DNA of 19,615 bases from Leptolyngbyaceae cyanobacterium (GTDB lineage: Bacteria; Cyanobacteriota; Cyanobacteriia; Phormidesmidales; Phormidesmidaceae). Shown piece by piece: positions 7,250-15,803 of this stretch (positions are counted from its first letter, which is position 1; each line of letters opens with the position of its first letter). Both the position numbers and the translations under genes were made by a program. Below the pieces are notes generated by a model. That model was not told the origin of the DNA, searched no databases, and saw only the letters and a program-made list of their open reading frames with translations. Where the stretch lies: positions 1 through 19,615 of the forward strand of contig JBHJHA010000114.1 in assembly GCA_050331235.1 (NCBI GenBank). Reading direction: 5' to 3'.

Positions 7250-8380
7250 CTAGCCTTGCCAAAACTCTGTTGCCCCTTCTGCATCGAGGAACTGCTTGAG
7301 CTCAGTTTTGTAAGCCTCGAGGTATTCAGAGAAGGTCAGTTCAGTCAAATCTAAGGATGCTTCACTAGATTGCCCTTCCAATACATCAGCAACGATGTCG
7401 TTGGATGCCGGCGTAAAGTGGCTGCCATCGTAAGTATTTTCAGGATTCAGCGTCATCTCTGAGGGCACTGAGAAGTCATACATGCCGTCATATATTTGCG
7501 AAACCCGGTAGAAGCCTTCCAGAGCACAGTCCAAAATGCCCCGGTTGTAAGTTTCGTTCACCACTGACCAAGCTGCTCGCGGCGGGACAAATCCGATGAT
7601 GGTGGAGTCAGGAAAAACGTCCTGAATTGCGCGATACCGTTCGACTTTAGTCAAATCGCACTCTTGCGGTGATGCAATGGGATAAAACTCAGGATTGAAT
7701 TTCGGAGCGTCGGCAAATTCTTGGGTCTCAAAATCTGTATCGTAGTAATTGGCACTGTCTGGGCTCATACCTAGCAAGGTCAACAATGAAAAGGTTAAAA
7801 CATTGGATGAAAAGTAGGCGTGAAACGGCGATTTGGTCGCATTCTCGCCGAAATCTTGATCATTCGTTGTGTTATCGGTGAATTTAACAAAGTTGAACTC
7901 GTCGACGCCGACGTAAATCACCTCCGGTTCTAAGCCTTGCTCTTTAATGAACTCGGCCGCCCTAATGAAGTCTTCAGCCCAACCCCCTTTAAATGAATAG
8001 TTGTAGCAGTTGTGTGCTTCAAACTGATCTGCGTTTAATGCCACTACTCGAGAACTTCCTAAGATCACGCAGTCGTAAGTTGCTGGGCCGTTCTTTAAAA
8101 ATTGGTTGGTCTTAGAAATACGCTCGTTGAAAGCAAAATTTTTCTTGGTAAGCTGATTCCCTTGGTGATACCACAGTGGATCAACGGCCCAGTTGAGAAG
8201 ACCGATGCTCCCTAATAGGCTAAAGCAGGTGGCGCCAAAAATCGTGAAACTAAACTTGCTGGCTGGCTTTTGGTTGGAAGACTGTGGTTGCTCCGCTTGC
8301 TCCAGAGGCTCACTTTTCTGGGTTGGGTAAGCCAAACCGAACGAAGGCAAAAATCTTCTAAAAAAAGTTTTGGTATTCAT
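7250..8380 (-). CDS. SGNH-like (DltD/AlgJ/PatB-type) membrane-anchored acyltransferase, partner of the MBOAT
   Basis: 376 aa. One TM helix ending NWAVDP, block-I-like VILGSSR, and C-terminal YDGSHF (DxxH). Lies 61 bp downstream of the MBOAT on the same strand. Confidence 0.7.
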   Translation of the reverse strand: MNTKTFFRRFLPSFGLAYPTQKSEPLEQAEQPQSSNQKPASKFSFTIFGATCFSLLGSIGLLNWAVDPLWYHQGNQLTKKNFAFNERISKTNQFLKNGPATYDCVILGSSRVVALNADQFEAHNCYNYSFKGGWAEDFIRAAEFIKEQGLEPEVIYVGVDEFNFVKFTDNTTNDQDFGENATKSPFHAYFSSNVLTFSLLTLLGMSPDSANYYDTDFETQEFADAPKFNPEFYPIASPQECDLTKVERYRAIQDVFPDSTIIGFVPPRAAWSVVNETYNRGILDCALEGFYRVSQIYDGMYDFSVPSEMTLNPENTYDGSHFTPASNDIVADVLEGQSSEASLDLTELTFSEYLEAYKTELKQFLDAEGATEFWQG

Positions 8381-8441
8381 CAGTCTTCAATTCACTCTAG
8401 AGGTAGCATTCACGATCGCTAGAAAAATGCTTTTAACAGGC

Positions 8442-10028
8442 CTAAAACTGGAAGTACAGGAATTCAGAAACACGATTGAAACAGAGAAAGCTTACAGCAG
8501 CCATGAGTCCCATTACTGCACTCCAAGCTTTATTAGGCCGCCAGCCAAACAGAGCTTGGAGGCGTTCGTTCCAGAGGATGGTTTTCTGATCTCTAGGCTG
8601 CTGTAGAGTCGGGCTGTACTTACCCATTAGCTGATAAATGTTGGGGCTGATGCAGGTAAAGGTCAACAGTAGGATAATGCCAAACGTGGAATATTTCTGA
8701 CTGATGCCAACGTTTACCGTAAATCCATCAAACGTAATGCCAAAATCGCGCAAAAATCCTAGATAGGGTTCGATAAAGCCAGCCAGTTGAATTCCGCGGA
8801 AGCCAAACATTGATTGCACGATAGCCCACGCTGAAGAAATAGAACTAGCTCTGAAGAAAACCCACGCTACAACCACTGCCAAGAAGGTCAATAGCCAACC
8901 AGTTCCCCTAAGGAAAAAGCCATCCTGCTTCATATCATGTCCCATTCGCTTGCGGAGCGATCGGTAGCCGTGATTACAAACGAGATAGCTACCATGCAAA
9001 AAACCCCACAAAACAAATTGCCAACCAGCCCCATGCCAAAGTCCGCCGAGCAGCATCGTAATCATGAGGTTGGTGTACCGACGGAAGTCGCCCAAACGGC
9101 TCCCCCCTAGGGGAATGTATAAGTAATCTCTCAGAAAATTTGACAGCGTGATGTGCCAGCGACGCCAAAAATCAACGATACTGATCGCCTGGTATGGGGA
9201 GTTGAAATTCAAAGGAAGCTTCACACCCAGCATATAGGCCGCACCGATCGCCATGTCGGAGTATCCTGAAAAATCGAAATAGAGCTGAATTGTATAGGCT
9301 AAAGCCCCGACCCAGGCTTCTGAAAAAGTTAGATTGACGCCCTGAGCACTTGCGTTGAAGGCTAGATTTGCAAAGGTGGACATGCTGTCCGCAATGACTG
9401 CCTTCTTGAAAAGGCCAATGGTGAAAACTGAAAGTCCAATCGCCAGGGCTGACTGACTAAAGTGATTAGCCCTTTCTTGAGTTAACTGCGGCATCATATC
9501 CTTGTGATGCACAATTGGCCCTGCAATTAGCTGGGGAAAAAAGGTTACGAAGAGCGCGTACTTCAGAAAGTTGTATTCTTCGGTTTCCCCGATGTAGGCA
9601 TCTACTAAGTAAGCAATCTGCTGAAAGGTGAAGAACGAAATGCCAAGGGGCAAAATAACTTCCAGCAACGGGAGATCGGAACCAGAAACAAAATTAATAT
9701 TGCTAATAAAAAAGTCGGCATACTTGTAATAGGCAATTAGCAGTAGGTTGGCGGTAATTCCAACTGCTAGAAAAAGCTGCTTTTTACGCTTTTGCGTCGA
9801 CTGGGTTCGAGCGATGATCTCGCCCCAAAAATAATTGAAGATAACAGAAATAAGTATAATTGGCAGATTCCAGGGATTCCACCAGCTGTAAAAGAACAAC
9901 GAAGCCAGGACCAGCCAAACTAGCCCTAACGAAGAAAACTTGGAAAACTTACTTTTACTGAGGAGGTAATAACCTAGGATAGTGATTGGCAGAAATGCCA
10001 GGATAAACTCGAACGAATTAAACAGCAT
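8442..10028 (-). CDS. MBOAT family O-acyltransferase (AlgI/DltB/PatA-like)
   Basis: 528 aa, polytopic. MLFNS start, LPLGISFFTFQQ, FFPQLIAGPI, YFDFSGYSDMAIG, NFNSPY, FWRRWHITLS, YIPLGG, GLWHGA (catalytic His), C-terminal EFLYFQF. Confidence 0.95.
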   Translation of the reverse strand: MLFNSFEFILAFLPITILGYYLLSKSKFSKFSSLGLVWLVLASLFFYSWWNPWNLPIILISVIFNYFWGEIIARTQSTQKRKKQLFLAVGITANLLLIAYYKYADFFISNINFVSGSDLPLLEVILPLGISFFTFQQIAYLVDAYIGETEEYNFLKYALFVTFFPQLIAGPIVHHKDMMPQLTQERANHFSQSALAIGLSVFTIGLFKKAVIADSMSTFANLAFNASAQGVNLTFSEAWVGALAYTIQLYFDFSGYSDMAIGAAYMLGVKLPLNFNSPYQAISIVDFWRRWHITLSNFLRDYLYIPLGGSRLGDFRRYTNLMITMLLGGLWHGAGWQFVLWGFLHGSYLVCNHGYRSLRKRMGHDMKQDGFFLRGTGWLLTFLAVVVAWVFFRASSISSAWAIVQSMFGFRGIQLAGFIEPYLGFLRDFGITFDGFTVNVGISQKYSTFGIILLLTFTCISPNIYQLMGKYSPTLQQPRDQKTILWNERLQALFGWRPNKAWSAVMGLMAAVSFLCFNRVSEFLYFQF

Positions 10029-10094
10029 TCATGCTCCCTGCAGTCCAGCGGTATATTGATTTAATTGTTTCGAATATAAAGCGCACTCAAACAT
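10029..10094 (-). CDS. Putative 21-aa leader/small ORF MFECALYSKQLNQYTAGLQGA
   Basis: AGGAG (10108-10104) lies 9 nt before ATG 10094. The TGA (10031-10029) directly abuts the MBOAT ATG in the same frame. Confidence 0.3.
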   Translation of the reverse strand: MFECALYSKQLNQYTAGLQGA

Positions 10095-10669
10095 TACTTT
10101 TGTCTCCTAGGCGACGGCAACTCTCAGCTCTGAACTATACGTAATCTTTAAATTTGCGGATGGAAATCAGCGGTCTTCATGAAATTTCTATCGTGCTGTC
10201 CCAGAATCTACGGTGAGATTGCCTGTATGAGTGCGTGTTTCTGCGCTGATTGACCTCAAGTACCGAGTTCAAGAGGGGGAAGCGGAGTTTTCTTGAGCGG
10301 GCATGAAGCAGGGTTTTGTGGGCAGTTCGATATTAAAGATTTATCCAAGTTATTTTGCTCAACTGAGTAATAGGCGTTGGATTGTTAGCTTCAAGTCTGT
10401 TTATGGGTGCGGACAGTGGTCACCTAAGCTGTGAACGAACAGTTCAGTCATTGTGGGACAGTCACCGTTGACTCATAATGAGTTGGTCAACTGGGAAGAT
10501 GAAGGCACCCGTTTACGAATAGGGGATGACAGCTTTTAAGTTGAGTCAGTATGGATGATCAGGGAGCGGCTTTAAGGTTTCGAACGCTGGGGTAGGGATT
10601 CCCTCTATCTGCTCGATGCTCTTGGTGAGAGCCGCTAATCTATCCGTTGAACTTAACGTTGGGATTGTT

Positions 10670-11848
10670 TCAACCAAGCTTTTGATATATCTGGATGGTT
10701 CTTTGAGCTAACTTTTGCCAGTCGTAGCGCGCTTGGACCTTTTGTTTACCTGCTATGCCCATTTTCTTGGAGAGTGCTGGTTGCGTGAGGAGTTGGATGA
10801 GGTGATGGGCAATCGTTGGAGGGTCTTGTGTAACCAAAAAACCATCAACGCCGTGGTCAATCACGTTGGCAACGGCTGCAATGTTACAGCCGACAACCGG
10901 TTTAGCAAAGCTCCAGGCTTCTGTGTACACGCCTCCAAAGCTTTCCTGCGAAGAGGGAACACACAGTACATCACAAGCTGCCAGAGCATCGGTTTTTTCC
11001 TGTAGCGAAACTGTTCCTAATCGATGGATGCGGCGATCGCGAAACTCTGCAAACACTGACTCCGAGCCCTTGACTGCGGGACCGATAAAGACGAATTCAG
11101 CATCGGGACATTGCTGCCAAATTTGTTGGGTTGCTATGAGTAACTGCTGAAAACCCTTATAGGGGTAATGCTGGCCCAAAAACAGAACAGCCGGACCCCG
11201 GATTCCGTGAGTATTGATAAATTTAGTCGGATTCGCCCGCTCGGCAAGTACGGGGCCGACGCCGGTGACAAAGATTTTGGCCGGGTCGACCCCCAAGGCT
11301 ATCAATACCTGCTTTTCGCTCTGGGTCAGGGCTATCAAGGCGTCCGCTTGGCAATACAGTTTGTTGTACTCTCTATAACGCCAACCTGTCCATCGAGGAT
11401 GATGCACTGGCGTCATAACAAAGGGAATGTCTCGCTGACGTGCTACTTGGCAGGAAGCATAGGTCAATCCCTCGCGGCCGATCCGCACGTTATGAATGAG
11501 ATCGGCCTTTTGAGTATGAGCATCAAGGGATGACTGAAAAACTTGGGCTACCGGAGGCAAGGCTACAGACATGAAGGGATAGTAAACCGCGACCCAGGGC
11601 AGCATCTTAAACTTTTGCGTCCAGGTCACACCCAGACGGTGTACCGGAATATTGTCGATGATATAGTGGCGATCGCGGCGGGGTGCAGTCAGAGTCGTGC
11701 CTAATAGCCAATCAGTACGATGCATATCCCAACAAGTGGCCACTTGGATAGAATGCTCTGGCTGTAGCTGTTGAGCTAGAAAATGCTGATGCAATTGTGC
11801 ACCACCAACGTTGGGAGGATAGGCAGTCAGGGTATACAAAAGATTCAT
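10670..11848 (-). CDS. Glycosyltransferase family 4
   Basis: 392 aa from ATG 11848 (MNLLYTLTAYPPNVGGAQ), 7 nt after the upstream stop. YKG and the EX7E motif ESFGGVYTE. The longer ORF-track start overlaps the upstream gene. Confidence 0.92.
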   Translation of the reverse strand: MNLLYTLTAYPPNVGGAQLHQHFLAQQLQPEHSIQVATCWDMHRTDWLLGTTLTAPRRDRHYIIDNIPVHRLGVTWTQKFKMLPWVAVYYPFMSVALPPVAQVFQSSLDAHTQKADLIHNVRIGREGLTYASCQVARQRDIPFVMTPVHHPRWTGWRYREYNKLYCQADALIALTQSEKQVLIALGVDPAKIFVTGVGPVLAERANPTKFINTHGIRGPAVLFLGQHYPYKGFQQLLIATQQIWQQCPDAEFVFIGPAVKGSESVFAEFRDRRIHRLGTVSLQEKTDALAACDVLCVPSSQESFGGVYTEAWSFAKPVVGCNIAAVANVIDHGVDGFLVTQDPPTIAHHLIQLLTQPALSKKMGIAGKQKVQARYDWQKLAQRTIQIYQKLG

Positions 11849-11855
11849 CGCAAAT

Positions 11856-12737
11856 TTAGCGGGCTGACCTTGGTAAGGGTTTGCCGGGTTGCTTATTGTG
11901 GATAAAGTCCCAAAATCCTTGACATCGACCTGTCGCATTACGGGGAGATGTCAAAAACAGAATTGGAATTTTAACCAATAGATAGGTGCAATAGATTAAA
12001 AAGCCTAAAGTTGTAGCATGTTTACTCAGACACAATAAGCGTCCGTATGTGTAGTGGTGAAACAGAAAGCGCGAGTTTTTGCCCGTGATCGCAGAAATTT
12101 GATGCGTTACAATTTCCCGATTAACGACTGCAATTTTATAACCTTTTTTAGCGTACCTAATACAGAAATCAACATCTTCAAGATATAGAAAATAATCGGT
12201 ATCAAATCTAGGCATCTCTTTGAATTGTGCCAGGTTAATAACCATGCTGCATCCAGAAACCCAATCAGTCGCTGTCAGATTTTCATCAGTGTCAAGAGCC
12301 ACATACTTTGATAACTTATGCCCGACGTAACCAGTCCATTTATTGAACCCACCGTAGCCAAACCATTTATTGCCGGAACTATCGACGATTTGTGTGCCCA
12401 ATATTGCTAATTCAGGATTTCTATATAGGCAACGCAATAAGAACTGATCAGCTTGTGGATGTATCGCTGTATCAGGATTAATCAACCAAATCAATGCCGC
12501 AGGATCAAGTCTTTTAATATGCTGAATGCCTAAATTACAGGCTGCGCCAAAACCAATATTATCTCCTGAATTAAAGACGCTTACCCAGTCGTCTTCTAAA
12601 TTATCGATATCTCTGTCATTTTCAGAGTTATTGATAATAATAATTCTGAAGCTAGTCTCGACGTTCGCTCTAATTGACTTGATTAGCGACTTAATAAATT
12701 GAGTGGAGTAGTAATTGACAACAAGGAAGTACAGCAT
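11856..12737 (-). CDS. Glycosyltransferase family 2 (WbbL/rhamnosyltransferase-like)
   Basis: 293 aa. VVNYY, NIGFGAACNLG, LINPD, WVSGCSM, YFLYLEDVDFC. Confidence 0.9.
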   Translation of the reverse strand: MLYFLVVNYYSTQFIKSLIKSIRANVETSFRIIIINNSENDRDIDNLEDDWVSVFNSGDNIGFGAACNLGIQHIKRLDPAALIWLINPDTAIHPQADQFLLRCLYRNPELAILGTQIVDSSGNKWFGYGGFNKWTGYVGHKLSKYVALDTDENLTATDWVSGCSMVINLAQFKEMPRFDTDYFLYLEDVDFCIRYAKKGYKIAVVNREIVTHQISAITGKNSRFLFHHYTYGRLLCLSKHATTLGFLIYCTYLLVKIPILFLTSPRNATGRCQGFWDFIHNKQPGKPLPRSAR

Positions 12738-12790
12738 TTGAATTTTGTATTCATATATTATTTTTCTGCTTTAATCTATAAACTATCCTG

Positions 12791-13702
12791 CTATCTTTTT
12801 CTACCCAAAATAGTATCTGTTTTATGCTTAATCTGACGGACGATGCTTAAGGGTAGCAGCGATCGCATCACTGTAATGACTAGCAAACTCAGATACGTCT
12901 TTAGAAACAAGACTATCCCCATGCTTCCGTGAATGGTTTTGCAATAGAACCAGTAAGCCGGGGGATAAACGCTACTTTTTGGCGATCCCAGCATTTTCCA
13001 GCGGTTCATCATCGGAATAGGGCTGTCTGTCCATCCTTTCTCTAAGGGATTGAACGGACAAACGGCGGTGGCATTGCCTAAGATGGCAATGTAAAAACCC
13101 GCTTGCTTGGCTCGCCAAGTGTAGATTACATCTGCCCAGGTTTGGGGGGTTTTTTGGTAAGTCGGGTAGCCAATTGCATCTATCACTCCTCGAGAAAAGC
13201 AAACTAAGTTGCCACTGCAAACGTCGCATTCAACAACGTTATCCGCAGCTGCATGCAAAAATTTGAGTGACAATTCTGCAGCTTTGCGACCGCCATAGGT
13301 AGGCGCGGTCATGGAGTTATCTTCATAGCATTGTGCTGTCACGATCTGATTAGGGTTACCCAAGCAAACAGATAACATTTTGGAAATGGTATCCCGTGAA
13401 GGTATTGTATCGTCGTTCAACCAAACAAAATATTCAGCTCCCTTTTGGTAGGCGTGTTTCATACCTTTAGCGATCGCCCCCGCCCACCAGAGATTTCCAG
13501 TGCCCTTCAGCACTGTGACGGTTGGGAAGTGAGTACGTACTGATATAGATGTGCCATCTATGCTGCCATCATCAACGACAATAACGCGATATTGCTCTAA
13601 ATCACCGATTTCTCGAAGGTTTCCTAAACAAGCTAAAGTTGTTTCTCGGCGATTGTAAACAGGAATAATAATATAAGCTTTCAACAATGAGTACTTTGCC
13701 AT
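12791..13702 (-). CDS. Glycosyltransferase family 2
   Basis: 303 aa. IIIPVYNR, VVDDGSIDG, GNLWWAGA, WLNDD, SGNLV. Confidence 0.9.
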   Translation of the reverse strand: MAKYSLLKAYIIIPVYNRRETTLACLGNLREIGDLEQYRVIVVDDGSIDGTSISVRTHFPTVTVLKGTGNLWWAGAIAKGMKHAYQKGAEYFVWLNDDTIPSRDTISKMLSVCLGNPNQIVTAQCYEDNSMTAPTYGGRKAAELSLKFLHAAADNVVECDVCSGNLVCFSRGVIDAIGYPTYQKTPQTWADVIYTWRAKQAGFYIAILGNATAVCPFNPLEKGWTDSPIPMMNRWKMLGSPKSSVYPPAYWFYCKTIHGSMGIVLFLKTYLSLLVITVMRSLLPLSIVRQIKHKTDTILGRKR

Positions 13703-13744
13703 GCGCTTATTCTGACTACTCTGGAAAATAGACTGCTTTTCCTT

Positions 13745-14713
13745 TTATCGCTCAACTTGTTGTTGAGTTAGATTGCCAAACTTGAGTTTTTTCAGAACCT
13801 GGTATTTCCATCGGTGAAGACGTGTGCGAATATTTTGCTCTAGCGGAAAGTAAGGTAAAGGAATTCCATGGCATAGGAGCTGTTGCTTGCTTCGATTAAT
13901 CTCATACAAATATTTTTGGTATATTTCCATTCCACGGGAGTTTATCCGATAGTTGTAGTACAACTGAGCTTGGGTTGGAGAGATCAGCTTGAATCCGTGA
14001 AAATGAAAAAATACTGGATGCGTGGTTCCTGGCTTTAAACTGAAATAATTGACATTCCAAGGAGCTAATGTTTTTTCTGGATTTTGCACGATTTGGACTT
14101 CCTCACTAAATAGCTTAGGCCAAAGGTCTAAGTATTTCTGATCACCAAACTTTCCATCTTCGAGTCGATTAAAGCACCAATCAATACACTTTTCTTGCCA
14201 CCAGTTAAGGACCCTGCGAGCGGCTTCTGTTCGACGGGCACACAAAAACTGCACACAGAATCGGCCATTGGTAGCAGTTTGATCATATTTAGGGGCATAG
14301 CCATGCTCAGTGATCAAAATGTGACGATCTCGGCAAAACTCATCTAGCAAAAAGCTGGGACGATCGAGAAAATACAGATCGGCATCTAGGTAAGTAACCC
14401 TATGAACAGAGGGATCTCGAGCAAAGACACTAGTGAAAGTAAATGGCGTAAGCGTCCAACAATATTCGCCTCGGGTTCTTTGGGGTTTGACGCTCAAAAG
14501 TTCCGGCGTTTCGATATCTCGCAGAGGAATTAAACTGACCTGAGGTAATGCTAACTGGCGCAGTGATATTTCCACTGCTTCATCGATACACACTATCCAG
14601 AGATGGAACGGTAATGCGTGCTGCATCAACGATCGGTGTAAGGCCATCCCTAAGGGCAAATAATTGCTATCAAATAGAGTGCAAAAATGCTCTACCTCAG
14701 AATTAGAAATCAT
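13745..14713 (-). CDS. Putative GT-A fold glycosyltransferase
   Basis: 322 aa. FCTLFDSNY, EYCWTLTP, YLDADL (DxD), FGDQKYLD, APWN, FFHFHG. Start overlaps the DegT end by 11 nt. Confidence 0.75.
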   Translation of the reverse strand: MISNSEVEHFCTLFDSNYLPLGMALHRSLMQHALPFHLWIVCIDEAVEISLRQLALPQVSLIPLRDIETPELLSVKPQRTRGEYCWTLTPFTFTSVFARDPSVHRVTYLDADLYFLDRPSFLLDEFCRDRHILITEHGYAPKYDQTATNGRFCVQFLCARRTEAARRVLNWWQEKCIDWCFNRLEDGKFGDQKYLDLWPKLFSEEVQIVQNPEKTLAPWNVNYFSLKPGTTHPVFFHFHGFKLISPTQAQLYYNYRINSRGMEIYQKYLYEINRSKQQLLCHGIPLPYFPLEQNIRTRLHRWKYQVLKKLKFGNLTQQQVER

Positions 14714-15797
14714 TTACAGCCTCAATGACACATTCAACATCGCGATCGCTCATCTGAGGATGACAGGGAATTGAGAGGCACTGCTGAGCATAGCGTTCCG
14801 ACACAACGAGGCCTTGTGGATCACGGTGGATATCATGACAGGGGGGCTGCCGATGGATCGGAACTGGATAGTGGCAAAGAGAAGCAATCTCCCGACTTTT
14901 GAGGTGCTGCATCAGGCGATCGCGCTCGGCACATTTGAGTACAAATAAATGGTAAACATGATTTTCAGGAGCGATAGGTGGAGCCAGCAATTCAATATTA
15001 GGATTTTGGATGTCGGCAAAATATCTCTGGGCAATTTCGCAGCGGCGGTGGGTAAACTTTTCTAACCAGGCCAATCGGACCGTTAGCAAGGCTGCTTGTA
15101 ATTCATCCAGGCGACTATTTAGACCAATCTCATCATGGTGGTAACGTTCACTTTGTCCATAATTACGGAGTACTTTGGCCTGATGCGCGATCGCAGCTTG
15201 ATTAGTCACTATGATTCCGGCATCGCCAACGGCACCTAGATTCTTTGTCGGATAAAAGCTGTAAGCACCCCACGCCCCTAGGCTGCCCGCTCGTTGCCCT
15301 TGCCAGCTCGCCAAATGGGCCTGAGCACAGTCTTCAAACAGATAAATATTTTCCGCATTAGCTAATGCCTGCCATTTCCCAAGGGAACGCATCTGTCCAT
15401 ATAGATGAACGAGTAAGATACCTTTGGTCTGTGGCGACAGGCACCGCTGCACGCTTTCAAAATCGAGTAGTGCCGTGGTGGCGTCGATGTCAGCCAAAAC
15501 TGGGATGGCACCCGCTCGGAAAATTGCTAAGACCGTAGCGAATGCGGTCATCGGCGTCGTGATGACTTCATCACCAGGGCCAACATTCAATGCCCGCAAC
15601 CCAATTTCAATGGCATCCATGCCGTTGCCGACACCAATACCAAAATCAACGCCGCAGCATTGAGCCCAGCGACTTTCAAACTGTTCGACTTCGCGACCCA
15701 ATACATACCAACCTGATCGCATAACTTGTTCACAAGCTACCAGTTCCTCCTGCTTCAAAGCTTCTGGTTCTGCCTTGAAGTCATTCATTAAAATCAT
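14703..15797 (-). CDS. DegT/DnrJ/EryC1/StrS PLP-dependent sugar aminotransferase (FdtB/QdtB-like)
   Basis: 364 aa. GVGNGMDA, VHLYGQ, EDCAQAH, SFYPTKNLGAVGDAG (PLP Lys), NSRLDELQAA, YHLFV. Confidence 0.95.
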   Translation of the reverse strand: MILMNDFKAEPEALKQEELVACEQVMRSGWYVLGREVEQFESRWAQCCGVDFGIGVGNGMDAIEIGLRALNVGPGDEVITTPMTAFATVLAIFRAGAIPVLADIDATTALLDFESVQRCLSPQTKGILLVHLYGQMRSLGKWQALANAENIYLFEDCAQAHLASWQGQRAGSLGAWGAYSFYPTKNLGAVGDAGIIVTNQAAIAHQAKVLRNYGQSERYHHDEIGLNSRLDELQAALLTVRLAWLEKFTHRRCEIAQRYFADIQNPNIELLAPPIAPENHVYHLFVLKCAERDRLMQHLKSREIASLCHYPVPIHRQPPCHDIHRDPQGLVVSERYAQQCLSIPCHPQMSDRDVECVIEAVNDF

Positions 15798-15803
15798 CAG
15801 ACT

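Noticed and set aside
5831..10028. Idea that the MBOAT acylates the MgdA glycolipid product
   Set aside because: The genes are merely convergent, and the MBOAT is of the AlgI/DltB polymer-modifying type with an SGNH-like partner.
10303..10434. 43-codon plus-strand ORF MKQGFVGSSILKIYPSY...
   Set aside because: No well-placed SD, no recognisable motif, and length within chance expectation.
10029..10669. Known riboswitch, 6S/SRP/Yfr RNA, CRISPR array or IS end in the long spacer
   Set aside because: I could not match their signature motifs; no regularly spaced repeats, terminal inverted repeats with target duplication, or transposase fragment.
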